Notes: generated by a model from the letters alone, not told the origin. Numbered from the stretch's first letter, positions 51,012 through 63,990 are shown. The stretch: DNA of 64,000 nt from Octopus vulgaris (GCA_951406725.2 OX597817.1:118978001-119042000), one strand, 5' to 3'. Made by a program: numbers and translations.

Positions 51012-52132
51012 CACACACATACTCGTAATATTTATATTAACATGTACATACACATATATATTCAAATATATGCATATATATAAGCATATACATATATACT
51101 TGTACATGCATAAATACACACACACACACACAGATATATATATATTGTAGTAGGCGCAACAATAATGAAAGAAAATGCCGAAATCGTACGAATGAATTCT
51201 TATAAGAGAATCCAGTCATTATTTCTTTAGCTGCAGAGCGTGCGCGTGCGAGCAGCGTGTGTGTAGTATTCGAAAGTTGGTGCCCGAGCATGACTGCAAT
51301 CCAACAGCTAAAACCAGTAAAAGAACAACGCTCACACACACACACATACGCAGAAACAAACAAACAAACACACAGACACCCGGAAAATATATCGAGTAAA
51401 AGAAAGAAAAATAGATCTGTACGGAATTAATAACAAACCCGAAATGATGATGATGAAGATGACAACGGTGACAATGATTACGCTGTTTTTAATCATAATG
51501 ATCACGACGACAATATAGTGGATGAGTTGCTAGTAAAACTGAAGAGCAGACGAAACGATATTTATATCAAACTTGTATACATTCATATCTCTTAACAAAC
51601 TTCGAGAGGAAATAAGACATGTAATTCAATAGTGGAGGGGGGGGATGTATTTGTACAACAATAATTTCATTGTTTTCAAAAGAAAGTAACAACAATACGA
51701 AATAAATACTGAAAGAATGATGGCAAAATTCTATAGACTGGGACGAAATATAATATTTTTAAAAGCTGCTAATCTGGAAGAGTTCTTGACCATAGGTCAC
51801 TCATTTGTCTGAGGCTGCAGTAACAATAACAAAACGATAAATTTGGTCATGTATGTAAGTATGTATGTATGTATGTATGTATGTATGTATGTATGCATGC
51901 ATTTATGGATTTATCAATCTACATGTGTGCCTGCGTGAGTCTCTTTCCCTCTCTCTCTCTCTCCATATATATATATATATATATACAAGATAAGAAAATG
52001 GAGAAATACATCTAAATCAAATATCAATTACCAGATAATACTCAATAACATACTTTATTAAATCACCACATAAGAGACTTGGATATATGTTATCCCATGG
52101 AGGGTTGCATTTACAACCCCTATCTCAATTTG

Positions 52133-52802
<670 letters not shown>

Positions 52803-52859
52803 GACGTATATTCCATGCGTTGTTGGGAATTGCTTTCTGTCTCTGTATAACGAATGAAG

Positions 52860-52922
52860 TAGTTATTACTGATGAGCCGGCGATAACCAAGCGAAACGAG
52901 ACGAGTTGTCTTTCGGTCAGTT
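52860..52922 (+). ncRNA. type I hammerhead ribozyme candidate with intact core
   Basis: CTGATGA (52869-75), stem II GC..GC (52876-92), GAAA (52893-96), stem III ACGA/TTGT with a 6 nt loop, cleavage triplet GTC (52908-10). Stem I pairing is poor. Confidence 0.5.
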
Positions 52923-53726
52923 TTACATAGAGAGTGAGGGGGGGGGTGAAGAGAAACACAGAAACTGAGTGGGAGAGAGACGGAGAGAGAGAGAGAGAGA
53001 GAGAGAGATGGGGATGGAGACAGTCAAAAAGAGAGAGAGGAAGAGAGACAGACAGACAGAAGCAGAGACTAAAATCTCTATATATATATATTAAACTTAG
53101 GCATGTACACATTTCTTTAGAACTTATACAAACACTTAGTCTCGGTATTTAGGTATCTATTTATCTATCTATCTTTCTTTCTCTCTCTCCCTCTCTCAAC
53201 ACACACACACACACACATACACACACTGTAGATAGACACACATGAACTTGAAAGTAATTGTATTCCAAGCACAACCAAGCGAGATATTTAATCACCAACA
53301 GTGCACAATAATTCAACAGGCTGTCGATGCACTGGATTCGATCCTACGTGACTTTAAGAAGCTGGGGAAAGAGCCACCATATAGATCACATAACGAAAAT
53401 ATAGATATACAAGAGTGCAATTCTCGTTTTATTAAGGCCTTTTTATAATTTTTATTAATATTTTATCTAAGGTACTTTGTCGCAGTACAAATCTTCAGCT
53501 GTTGCTAAACACACACACACAGACTCACGCATTCATATTCAGCACACTATCCTATCCTGATCTTGATGCCCTACGCCGTACGACACTGGTCTCCGTAGTG
53601 AGGAACCCGCTACTAAGTCTGATCTTTGGTTACGCGATGTACATACACGCGCGCGTATGTGTTTGTGTGTGTGTGTGTGTGTGCATAGAGAGTGAAAGAG
53701 ACAGACAAACAGACAGATAGGTATAT

Positions 53727-53916
53727 TCGCCATGATACATCGGTAGCCACTACACACATTTTTTTTCTTTCCTTGTTTCTTTCTGTGTTCCTCCTTTCTG
53801 TGGAAGAGCCTAGGCTCGAAATGTTAAAGACTTTTTCAATTCCCGAGCGTTATACAAATACATCTGTTTGTTTTCTACACCACCTGTCTTCGTCTTTTGT
53901 TTTTTTCGTGAATTCT

Positions 53917-53918
<2 letters not shown>
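53727..53918 (+). mobile_element. short Penelope-like element with variant hammerhead motif
   Basis: cttt-CTGTGGA-a-GAGC-ctag-GCTC-GAAAT-GTT-aaag at 53794-53829; paralogue of 34482-34675; ends at (TA)n. Confidence 0.75.
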
Positions 53919-53956
<38 letters not shown>

Positions 53957-53963
53957 TAGAGAG

Positions 53964-54033
<70 letters not shown>

Positions 54034-54284
54034 AGACTGACAGATGTAGTTTGTTGTTATGTTAAGATATACATTTATAAAAACAATTTAACTTTAAAGT
54101 GAAGTACTACTTAATACCATTCTGCAGAGTACGTATTTATTAACTTTAATAAGGAAAAATGCGGATAGTAACTGCGAAGTTTTGATTTGCTCGTCTTTAC
54201 CAGAATGATAAAGAGCGAAAAGCCCGAAACTTAGAACGCACTGTCAACTTTTTTTATTCGTAAACGTTAATACACACGCACACA

Positions 54285-54670
54285 CTCTTTTACTTGTTTC
54301 AGTCATTTGACTGTGGCCATGCTGGAGCACCGCTTGTAGTTGAGCAAATCAACCCCAGGACTTATTCTTTTTAAGCCTAGTACTTATTCTGTCGGTCTCT
54401 TTACGGGGACGTAAACACACCAGCATCGGTTGTCAAGCGATGTTGGGGGGGGGACAAACACAGACACACAGACATACACACACACAAGCACACACACACA
54501 CACACATATACGTATATATACATATATACGACGGGCTTCTTTCAGTTTCCGTCAAACAAATCTACTCACAAGGCTTTGGTCGGCAATAGTAGAAGACACT
54601 TGTCCAAGGTGCCACGCAGTGGGACTGAACCCCTTAACGATGTGGTTCGTACTTACCACATAGCCACTCC
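54285..54670 (-). mobile_element. SINE family B
   Basis: Reverse complement of 57530-57918 with small deletions. Confidence 0.9.
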
Positions 54671-54854
54671 AACCCCACGTGGTGTGTGTGCGTGCGTGCG
54701 TACGCGTATGTATGCGTGCTACACATAGGTGTACGTGCATACACACACACACACGATTCTATTTGTATCGAAATCGAAGATGTAAAAGAATTCAACGGCA
54801 GACAAACATGGAATTTCGAAAGGAAACCCAAATATACAAACATACAAAGTGTGC

Positions 54855-54950
54855 ATTCTGCTACACGACTTGTTATCACGCATGCATGATAAACATATAT
54901 ATGTGTATATGTTTATCATGCATGCGTGATAACAAGTCGTGTAGCAGAAT
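54855..54950. repeat. perfect 45 bp inverted repeat with 6 nt spacer
   Basis: 54855-54899 is the exact reverse complement of 54906-54950. Confidence 0.97.
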
Positions 54951-55590
54951 AAACATATACTCATATACACAGACGTCATACTCAGCTAAATACATAGACA
55001 CACAAGCACACGCTCTCTCGCTCTCTCTCTCTCTCTCTCTCGCTCTCTCAACTACTGGCCATTTCAGTAAACAAACCACATTTTCCAATATATGTGTCAG
55101 GAAATCGAATATAAGAACCTATATAAATGTTGCTTTCCTTATGGGACATCCTGCAATATACCGATATAGCAGCCGTGATGCATGCTAAATGCTTTAAAAA
55201 GATATATATATATATGTGTATACATGTCTGACGATAAACTGTTCAAATATCGGCAACTTTATTTGTTGCACACAATCAACAAACGTGTGGGCGAAATATA
55301 TATTTCGATAAAAATACATTCTTGGTCATTTTTCGATTTTGGAACTAAACACATTCGGAGGAAACGAAAAAAAAAAAAAAAGATATATAGCTTGCAGTCA
55401 AAACCACAGGCGCACACACAGACACAGACATAGAATTCGTGTGTATGTGTGTGTGTATTTATACACTTGTCACGTACATGGAATAGAATTTACTGCTACA
55501 TTGATGTTGGATATGCAGTTTTACGTTGAAAACAACACTGTAAATAGGGGATGTTCTTCCTCTGTCTCCATCTCTCTTTCTCTCTCGCTC

Positions 55591-55644
<54 letters not shown>

Positions 55645-55682
55645 GTTGGATGATTATACTGAGTAAAAATACATAAACATAT

Positions 55683-56052
55683 ACTCTTTTACTTGTTTCA
55701 GGCATTTGACTGCGGCCATGCTGGAGCACCGCCTTTAGTCGAACAAATCGACCCCCAGGACTTATTCTTTGTAAGCCCAGTACTTGTTCTATCGGTCTCT
55801 TTTGCCAAACCGCTAAGTTACAGGGGACGTAAACACACCAGTATCGATTGTCAATCGATGTTAGGGGGACAAACACACACACACATATGTACATATACAT
55901 ATATACGACGGGCCTCTTTGAGTTTCTGTCTACCAAATACACTCACAAGGCTTTGGTCGGCCCGAGGCTATAGTAGAAGACACTTGCGCAAGGTTCCACG
56001 CAGTGGGACTGAACCCGGAACCATGTAGTTGGTAAGCAAGCTACTTACCACA
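55683..56052 (-). mobile_element. near full-length SINE family B
   Basis: Reverse complement of 57530-57918 across head, central microsatellite and tail. Confidence 0.93.
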
Positions 56053-56134
56053 TGCATAAATAATATATATATACACACACTATATATTAATATATACACA
56101 TATCTGTGTGTGTTTGTGTGTGAGTGTTATTTTA

Positions 56135-56567
56135 TGCTTTTATTCTTTGCTTCAGTCGTATGACTGCGGCCATGCTGGAGCACTGCCTTGAAAGATTTTA
56201 ATGGAACAAATCGCCCCCAGGTCTTTCTTTTTTTAAGCGTAGTACTTATTCTATCAGTCTTTTGCCAAACAGAATGTGAACACGCCAACACCGGTTGTCA
56301 AGCGACGGTGATGGTGGTGGTGGTGGTGGGCAAATACGGACTCAAAGACGCACACGTAAATATATTCATACACACACGCGCGCGCGCGGGATTAAAATGG
56401 CATGTTTTTTTTTATTCTTTTACTTGTTTCAGTCATAGGACTTCGGCCATGCTGGAGTACCATCTTTTAGAAAAGATCCCCACCTTTAGCCGAACAAATC
56501 GCCCACAGTATTTATTCTTTTTAAGGCTAGTGCTTATTTTATACTTATATGTGTGTGTGTGTATATA

Positions 56568-56624
<57 letters not shown>

Positions 56625-56640
56625 CACACATACATATATA

Positions 56641-56675
<35 letters not shown>

Positions 56676-56883
56676 CGACGGGCTTCTTTCAGTTTCCGTC
56701 TACCAAATCCGCTCACACTTGTCCAAGGCGCCACGCAGTGGGACTGAACCCGGAACTATGTGGTTCGTAAGCAAGCTACTTACCACACAGCCACTCCTAC
56801 GCCTATGCGAATATATATATATATATATATTGGTAGTTCTCGAGTTTTAGGGCTTCACACAAACAGACAGACATACATTCTCA

Positions 56884-56952
<69 letters not shown>

Positions 56953-57040
56953 CAACGGTCTTTCACATTATGTCTACCACACGGCTTCGGTCGGCCCGAA
57001 GTAGAAGACACTTGCCCTTGGTGCCACGCCTGCGCCTATA
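56135..57040 (-). mobile_element. cluster of SINE family B fragments
   Basis: Tails at about 56135-56350 and 56410-56540; heads at about 56675-56810 and 56955-57038. Confidence 0.82.
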
Positions 57041-57086
57041 CACACACACGCACACACACACACTGATACACACATGTATGTGTAAG

Positions 57087-57410
57087 TGAAGGCGCGTGGC
57101 TTAGCGGTTAGGGTATTCTACCGTGAATTCGACACCCGGCAGAGCATTGCATTCTTGAACAAGACACTTTATTTTCACGTTGCTCCAGTCCACTCAACTA
57201 GGGTAGTCCACTCAAACTGGGTAGTACCCGTGTTTCCAACGGTCAGTCATGTGGCATTCTGTGTCCAGCTGAATCTCCCTGAGTACTAACTACATTAAAA
57301 GGTACATGTGCAGAAAGTGCTCAGCTACATGCATGTTAATTTCACGAGCTGGCTGTTCCGTTGATTGGATCAACTAGTATATTCGTCGTCGTACCAGATC
57401 TTAGCGTCAG
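57087..57410 (+). mobile_element. SINE family C head plus 3' module X
   Basis: A-box TGGCTTAGCGG, TTCTTGAACAAGACACTTTATTTTCACGTTGCTCCAGTCCACTCA, then module X shared with 32811-32980. Confidence 0.82.
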
Positions 57411-57529
57411 TTACGTGGGGGTGTGGGGTGAATGTATACACACACAGACACATATACATAAATACAACCACACATAAACATATATACCCCCACACATATA
57501 TACATACATACATATATATATATATATAG

Positions 57530-57682
57530 TCATAGGAGTAGCTGTGTGGTAAGTAGCTTGCTTACGAACCACATAGTTCTGGGTTCAGTCCTACTGCGTG
57601 GCACCTTAGGCAAGTGTCTTCTACTATAGCCTCGGGCCGACCAAAGCCTTGTGATTTGGTAGACGGAAACTGAAAGAAGCCC

Positions 57683-57714
<32 letters not shown>

Positions 57715-57918
57715 ATGTATGTGTATATGTTTGTGTGTCTGTGTTTGTCCCTCCACCCCAACATCGCTTGACAACCGATGCTGGTGTGTTTACGTCCCTG
57801 TAACTTAGCGGTTCGGCAAAACAGACCGATAGAATAAGTACTAGGCTTACAAATAATTAGTCCTGAGGTCGATTTGCTCGACTAAAGGCGATGCTCCAGC
57901 ATGGCCACAGTCAAATGA
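57530..57918 (+). mobile_element. full-length tRNA-derived SINE family B
   Basis: A-box-like TAGCTGTGTGG, B-box-like GGTTCAGTCC, central (TA)/(TG) tract, tail CTCCAGCATGGCCACAGTCAAATG. Confidence 0.93.
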
Positions 57919-58289
57919 GTATATATTTATATATATATCAATGTCATTTTTATGTATATACTCTCATCAAGTCCCGCTTTATGGTTTACCATTATTTGTA
58001 TGTATATATATACATTATAATTTGCTACCCAGGTGTCTGTTAACCGAATTATCCATAACAAGACAATTCATTCAACTACTTATATATATATATATATATA
58101 TACGCACACACACAGAGGCTAGAGTTTTGAGAGTGAGTTCATTCGATAACTGACTTGCTCTATGATCCGTCTAAGCGGAATAACTCCTACCACGTCTACG
58201 CTCCAAGTATCTTTGAGTATTCTCAATAAATCTGTTGCCTTTCGCTTTGCTAACAATTGTTGGTATAACATGAAACCTCAACACGAGAA

Positions 58290-58460
58290 TGTATCTAATG
58301 GTTACACTTTAAATTTCCTCTGTTCGGCAGCTGAATCACTAGGAAGGCTCAAAACTTTTACGAACCTGCTTGAACCATGGAACGGAAGATGTATTGATTT
58401 CCTGGACAGCAGTGCTTATTATTGAAGTTCCAGTCATATCCTCTCGTGTTTGCATTAAAC
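58290..58460 (-). pseudogene. possible CR1/L2 LINE C-terminal remnant
   Basis: Minus-strand peptides NTRGYDWNF and SLPSDSAAEQRKFKV*PLDTF loosely match TRGH..KL ... WNSLP......FK..LD.F. Confidence 0.35.
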
Positions 58461-58570
58461 AGTATGTTTGATACAAGTCAATTTTATTAGTCAGTAAACA
58501 TAGTCCGTAAGTATACTGAAGGAAATATGGGTATATTGTCTAATGCATAGTGGTACGGTGTAACGGAGAG

Positions 58571-59062
58571 GGCGGCGGCGGCGGAGGAGGAGGAGGAGGA
58601 GAAGAAGAAGAAGAAGAAGAAGAAGAAGAAGAAGAAGAAGAAGAAGAAGAAAAGGAAGAAGAAGAAGAAGAAGAAGAAGAAGAAGAAGAAGAAGAAGAAG
58701 AAGAAGAAGAAGAAAGAGAAGAAGAAGAAGGAAAAGAAGAAGGAAAAGAAGAAGAAGAAGAAGAAGAAGAAGGAAAAGGAGAAGAAGAAGAGGAAGAAGA
58801 AAGAAAAGGAGAAGAAGAAGAGGAAGAAGAAAGAAAAGGAGAAGAAGAAGAGGAAGAAGAAAGAAAAGGAGAAGAAGAAGAAGAAGAAGAAGAAGAAGGA
58901 AGAAGAAGAAGGAGAAGAAGAAGAAGAAAAGAAGAAGAAGAAGAAGAAGGAAGAAGAAGAAGAAGAAGAAGAAGGAAAAGAAGAAGAAGAAGAAGAAGAA
59001 GAAGAAGAAGAAGAAGAAGAAGAAGAAGAAGAAGAAGAAGAAGAAGGAGAAGAAGAAGAAGA
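58571..59062. repeat. (GGC)(GGA)(GAA)n polypurine tract with a 30 bp higher-order unit
   Basis: Directly visible; a 30 bp unit containing AAAGAAAAGGAGAAG repeats around 58770-58880. Confidence 0.95.
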
Positions 59063-59799
59063 ATCGCAACTGAACACAAACCTAAGTGGTTGATAAGTAA
59101 ACTTCTTAACAAACAGCCAATACTTTAAAAAAACTACTTCAAAACAAGATTAAACAATAAGATAATAAAAAGTCGTCCATTAAATCTAGGGTTCGAAAGC
59201 AATTTGACAAGCCCCCAAAGAAGAAGATGAATGTAAAGGAAGATGAAATGGTATTTTATTCTTCATTATATTGATGAAAATATCTTCTACTTTTGCTTCT
59301 AATTTCTAAGTTAATTTATGCGGATAAATTAGTGCTTAGTCTGTTAAGAAGTGCCGCTACTTCCGATATAAGCACTGAACATAGCAGATAACACGGAAAG
59401 ACACGAACATAAAAAGACAAACAGACAGACAGTAATATTGTTTTCCACTATTCGAAGAGTCGACAAAAGAAATTATGTAGTGAGGTCGATATCAACATAT
59501 AACGTTTCGGAATAAATCTTTCGCCTAAGAAGGAAAAAAAAAAGACTAGAAATGATATCCTTTGTTTACTAAAGCCACGTCTACACATTACAATAGTTAA
59601 TAGATATTTATTTTTCTCTTGGACGAAACGTCAGAGCTAAGTGCAGAGAGTTTGTACTAAAATTATTTACTTATAAAATCCTTACACATATTTCAGTGAA
59701 AAATTCTAAGGCCACGTGATTTGGTAGCGTTAAGCGTTTGCCACTTAATCACAAACAGACATAAACACACAGAGAGAATGATGTACTAAGACTCTACAG

Positions 59800-59928
59800 G
59801 TATTCATTTTCACGTGAGGAGGCTGGAACAAATGCTTTGCTCAACGTGCCGCCCAATCCAGGAATGGAACTCACGTTATTGTGACCGTAAGTTACACTCT
59901 CCCTAACCTCTACGCCACCTGCCTTCAC
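59800..59928 (-). mobile_element. degenerate SINE family C head
   Basis: Minus strand GTGAAGGCAGGTGGCGTAGAGGTTAGGG..GAGTTCCATTCC..TTGAGCAAAGCA. Confidence 0.6.
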
Positions 59929-60079
59929 TATATATATATATATATATTCATTCATGTATAAGTAGCATTCCAGTTGCTTCAGTTAAAATCAAGTATAAAA
60001 TAGTGCGGATTAAACAAGAGTAAATACGATAAATACATACACGTATAAGTACATATACACTCACTCACAAATACATACA

Positions 60080-60125
<46 letters not shown>

Positions 60126-60260
60126 CACATACATACATATAAACGTGTACGAAAAGAGCGTCTCAACAACTGACATTGTTCTCTTTTCTTCCTAGACAGA
60201 ATTTACTTAATATATAACAATAACCTCCCTCTCCTCACCTCTCTCTCTCCATACATACAA

Positions 60261-60317
<57 letters not shown>

Positions 60318-60810
60318 CATATATAAGCGTATCAATTGCCCTCTAAAGAGTATCATAAGTCTGTTTTTGCAAACAATTTTTTTTTTATTTTTATTTCTCT
60401 TAATTTTTCCCATTTACTGCAGTTTTATAATATAATCAATTATGTTATTTTCATTAGATTATGGCTATGTTGTTTGTTATGCATTATATTATGTCATTAG
60501 TGAATCTAATTCAGTGTACAACACACAAGCGAACTAACTGCACCATTGTTCCAACTGGACGTTCAACAAGCGAGCAGCTGAGTTGCCCAAGTGCTTTTGT
60601 AAGTCCTATATCGCGTGCAGCCAATCACCGAGAACTGATTGTTACCACTGCAGTCGGAGAGATATATGGGAATGTGTAAACATCCAGACGAGCGCAAATA
60701 CAAACTATTATTCTTTTTTTTTACCAGATGTCTGTACCGAATGCACCTGTAGCAATAAGAATCTTGGACGGATAAACAAAGTTATGGCGCGAGATAAATA
60801 AATGTAAGAC

Positions 60811-60918
<108 letters not shown>

Positions 60919-61034
60919 TGTTTGTGTGTGTGTGTGTGTGTGAATATTGCCTGCTAACATTTAATTCATTTCTGGAAGAATATATTAAAATTTGACATTA
61001 ATCACACACGCGCACGCGTTACATGCACACACAC

Positions 61035-61089
<55 letters not shown>

Positions 61090-61094
61090 CATCC

Positions 61095-61960
61095 TTGTGT
61101 GGATACCAGCGGTTCAATCGCGCTGCGCAACACTTTGATCAAGTGTCTTGAGAATGAATTTGATAGACGGAAACTGCGAGAGACCGACGTATATTCCTTC
61201 ATACACGTGAGTGCGTGTGTCTTAGCACTTGAAAACATGCAGGTTTATTTGCAGCTCTGTAACTGAAGCGGTTCGGCAAGATAGATCAGTATAAGAGACA
61301 GCGAGCTGGCAGAAACGTTAGCACGCCGGGCGAAATGGCTAAGATCAACACCAAATTTCGTCTGCCGTTACGTTCTGAGTTCAAATTCCGCCGGGTTCGA
61401 CTTTGCCTTTCATCCTTTCGGAGTCGATAAATTAAGTAACTGTTACGCACTGGGGGTCGATGTAATCGACTTAATCCCTTTGTCTGTCCTTGTTTGTTCC
61501 CTCTGTGTTTAGCCCCTAGTGGGCAATAAAGAAATAAGAAACGTTAGCACGCCAGGCGAAATGCTTAGCGGTAAGTACCAGTTACGCACTGGGGAGCGAT
61601 ATAATGGATTTAATCCGGTTGTCTGTCCTTGTTTGTCATCGCTGTGTTTAGCCCTTTGTGGGTAGTAAAGAAATAGATATTTCGTCTGTCTTAACGTTCT
61701 GAGTTCAAATTCCGCCGAGGTCGACTGTGCCTTTCATCCTTTCGGAGTCGATAAATTAAGTAACTGTTACGCACTGGGGTCGATGTAATCGATTTAATCC
61801 CTTTGTCTGTCCTTGTTTGTTCCTTCTATGTTTAGCCCCTTGTGGGCAATAAAGAAATAAGATATATCAGTGTAACACATACCAGTACTTTGAAGTACTG
61901 AGTTCGACTAAAATATAAACCTTCAAGGCGGTACTCCAGTATGGCTGAAACAAGTAAAAG
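61095..61960 (+). mobile_element. old SINE family B interrupted by the SINE-A multimer
   Basis: gatagacggaaactg and gcggttcggcaa before 61295; ccttcaaggcggtactccagtatggctgaaacaagtaaaag after 61880. Confidence 0.75.
61295..61858 (+). mobile_element. permuted SINE family A multimer within one ~17 bp TSD
   Basis: Three A tails ending AAAGAAATA. Flanks AAGATAGATCAGTATAA (61278-61294) and AAGATATATCAGTGTAA (61859-61875). Confidence 0.88.
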
Positions 61961-62106
61961 TATATAAATATAGTTACACACTTTACCCCTCCCCTTCGCT
62001 TCTACATTCAGACGTGTGTGTGTGTGTGTGTTTGTTTGTTTGCGCAAACACCCTCAAACTGCTATCTAATGATAGATCATTTGATAAACTGAAGAGAGGG
62101 GGACAG

Positions 62107-62172
<66 letters not shown>

Positions 62173-62349
62173 GGAAGGAGAATGAGAATGAGAATACTAA
62201 AAAAAAAGTCAGAACTGCGCGTACGCGTGTATATCTGACAAACAAACTGTCGAAATATGAGACTTATGTGTTTTGATTGGACATTAAAGACATTAATATT
62301 AAAGAGATTTTATCTAAGTTTTACACTTAGCAATCGATTCATGACAAAA

Positions 62350-62610
62350 ATTGTTGCTGTTGCTGTTTTGACGTAGGTCAGCAACTAACGGACCAAACTA
62401 ATAAATGATCAAAGACATTCAAGCCATCAGCAACCACTTTCCTAGTTTTGCATTTTTTTCTCTTGGTTTTCGTGTTTTTTTTTGTTTTTTTTTGTATCCA
62501 GGATGAATGTACTTTAAAATACATTATCCAGTATTCTTTTATTAAAGAGAAGGTTATCTATGGATTTATGAAAAACTTTTTCTAGTATTTCGGACGATTA
62601 GAAAGAAGTA
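62350..62610 (-). mobile_element. element D, degenerate
   Basis: (TTG)n then ggtcagc..atgatcaaagacattcaagccat..tttctagtatttcggacga. Confidence 0.55.
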
Positions 62611-62655
62611 CTGCTTATTGGCTTGAGACGAAAGTATTCTTCTGAGCCTATTCAG

Positions 62656-62876
62656 TCCTTTCATTACTGTATTTATTTTGAGATCATCTGTGTTTCTTTC
62701 AATTATTTTAAATACAACAAAGAATTTAGTAAAATAACTTAGTTATAACTAAGCTAATGTTAGGAACATACATTGCGACTAAGGTTTGGTGGTATATTTT
62801 AATGCAAAACTTATGAAAACAAGACATTTGTACTACAGAGCCAGAACCGGTTTTGGCCGGGTTGAAAACGAAAGGG
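62656..62876. mobile_element. piggyBac-type MITE
   Basis: Right end AACGAAAGGG|TTAA; left end tcag|TCCTTTCATTAC is a decayed TTAA|CCCTTTCGTT; about 220 bp, no ORF. Confidence 0.65.
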
Positions 62877-63639
62877 TTAAAAACGAGATCGGAGTCTTTG
62901 AGTTTAACTACATTGCTCAAATTAAACCATAAAAAACATATTACTGAGTGCTATCCTCCTCCTCCTCTTTCTTCTTCTTCTTCTTCCAATAGAACCATCG
63001 TCAAAAGAAAATACAACTAAAAATCACCCGCTGAAAGCACAATGTAGTTATTCGTCCCACCAGAATTGATACGTAAGAGCCCTTATAACCCTCATATCAA
63101 ATTGAGCTGTAAAAGAAAATGAATGATACCTTCAATAATTTGGTCCAAGATATATTAATTGAGAATAAAAGTTAAACCCTTCATTAATAAATAGGCATCT
63201 GTAAATATGGAAGACAATAAATTGCACAGAATATCCAATCTTTCACCGCCTGTTCACCATATTTAGATGAAACCAGCACCTATTGGAAATGGCGTTAGTC
63301 ATGGTATTTGTAGAGAGGGGTAAGCATCACTATTAAAAAGAAATGACTATTGAATTGCAGAAAGCGCAAAACTGTATTGTAAGCAGTATAGTTGTGTGTG
63401 CGTGTGTATATGTGTGCGCGCAAGGTTGTGTATGTAAGTGTATGTGTGTGTGTGTGTAATCTCGGCAAAACTATAATCTTTTTACGCATACCTTATCATA
63501 GAGTGACTAGACTATCCACGGCAGACAATGAACTAAAACAATATAACAGGTTACCCTTATAGTCTCCCACAATTCCCTCTTGCCTCCAGTTTCCATTTCT
63601 CACCACCACCACCACCACCAACAACAACAACCACTGTGA

Positions 63640-63990
63640 GGCTGTTTCTATAAATCGTAACAGGCCCCGTGCGAGAAAAGATCCCTTACGTCTTGTTTCC
63701 TACCTTATCGTTGATCCCTGAAGTTCATCCGAAAGTTAATTTCTATTGCTTCAGCTTCGGCTATCTTCAAAGCTGTGAATGCTGTTGCGTAAGCAGCAGT
63801 CGAAGTTTTCATCTCTAGAGACCACTGTTGTTGTTACTGCTGTATATTAATCACTCCTGATTTTCCTTTAATAACACCCTTTGCCTGTCCAAAGCATTTT
63901 CATAAGATTCTCCTAAACATCCATTTTTTTCGTTTTTCATACGTTCGCGTATTATAAAGCTTTCCTTTCATAAGTCCCGAGTTAATTCTA
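63640..63990 (-). pseudogene. possible RTE LINE remnant
   Basis: Minus-strand KWMFRRIL / MLWTGK resembles RTE EMW..RR.L.I.WT.K; heavily decayed. Confidence 0.4.

Noticed and set aside
54200-54240. Hammerhead remnant ATGATAA-a-GAGC-gaaaa-GCCC-GAAAC
   Set aside because: Two core changes, a stem II mismatch and no stem III or cleavage triplet; at most a fossil.
58550-59128. Acidic or basic low-complexity protein (poly-E/poly-R)
   Set aside because: It is purely the GAA microsatellite, which is stop-free in several frames by composition.
59500-59636. Hammerhead-like pieces (TCCGAAACGTT on the minus strand; CTCT..GAAACGTCAGAG)
   Set aside because: The CUGANGA half is missing or unrecognisable; insufficient to call.
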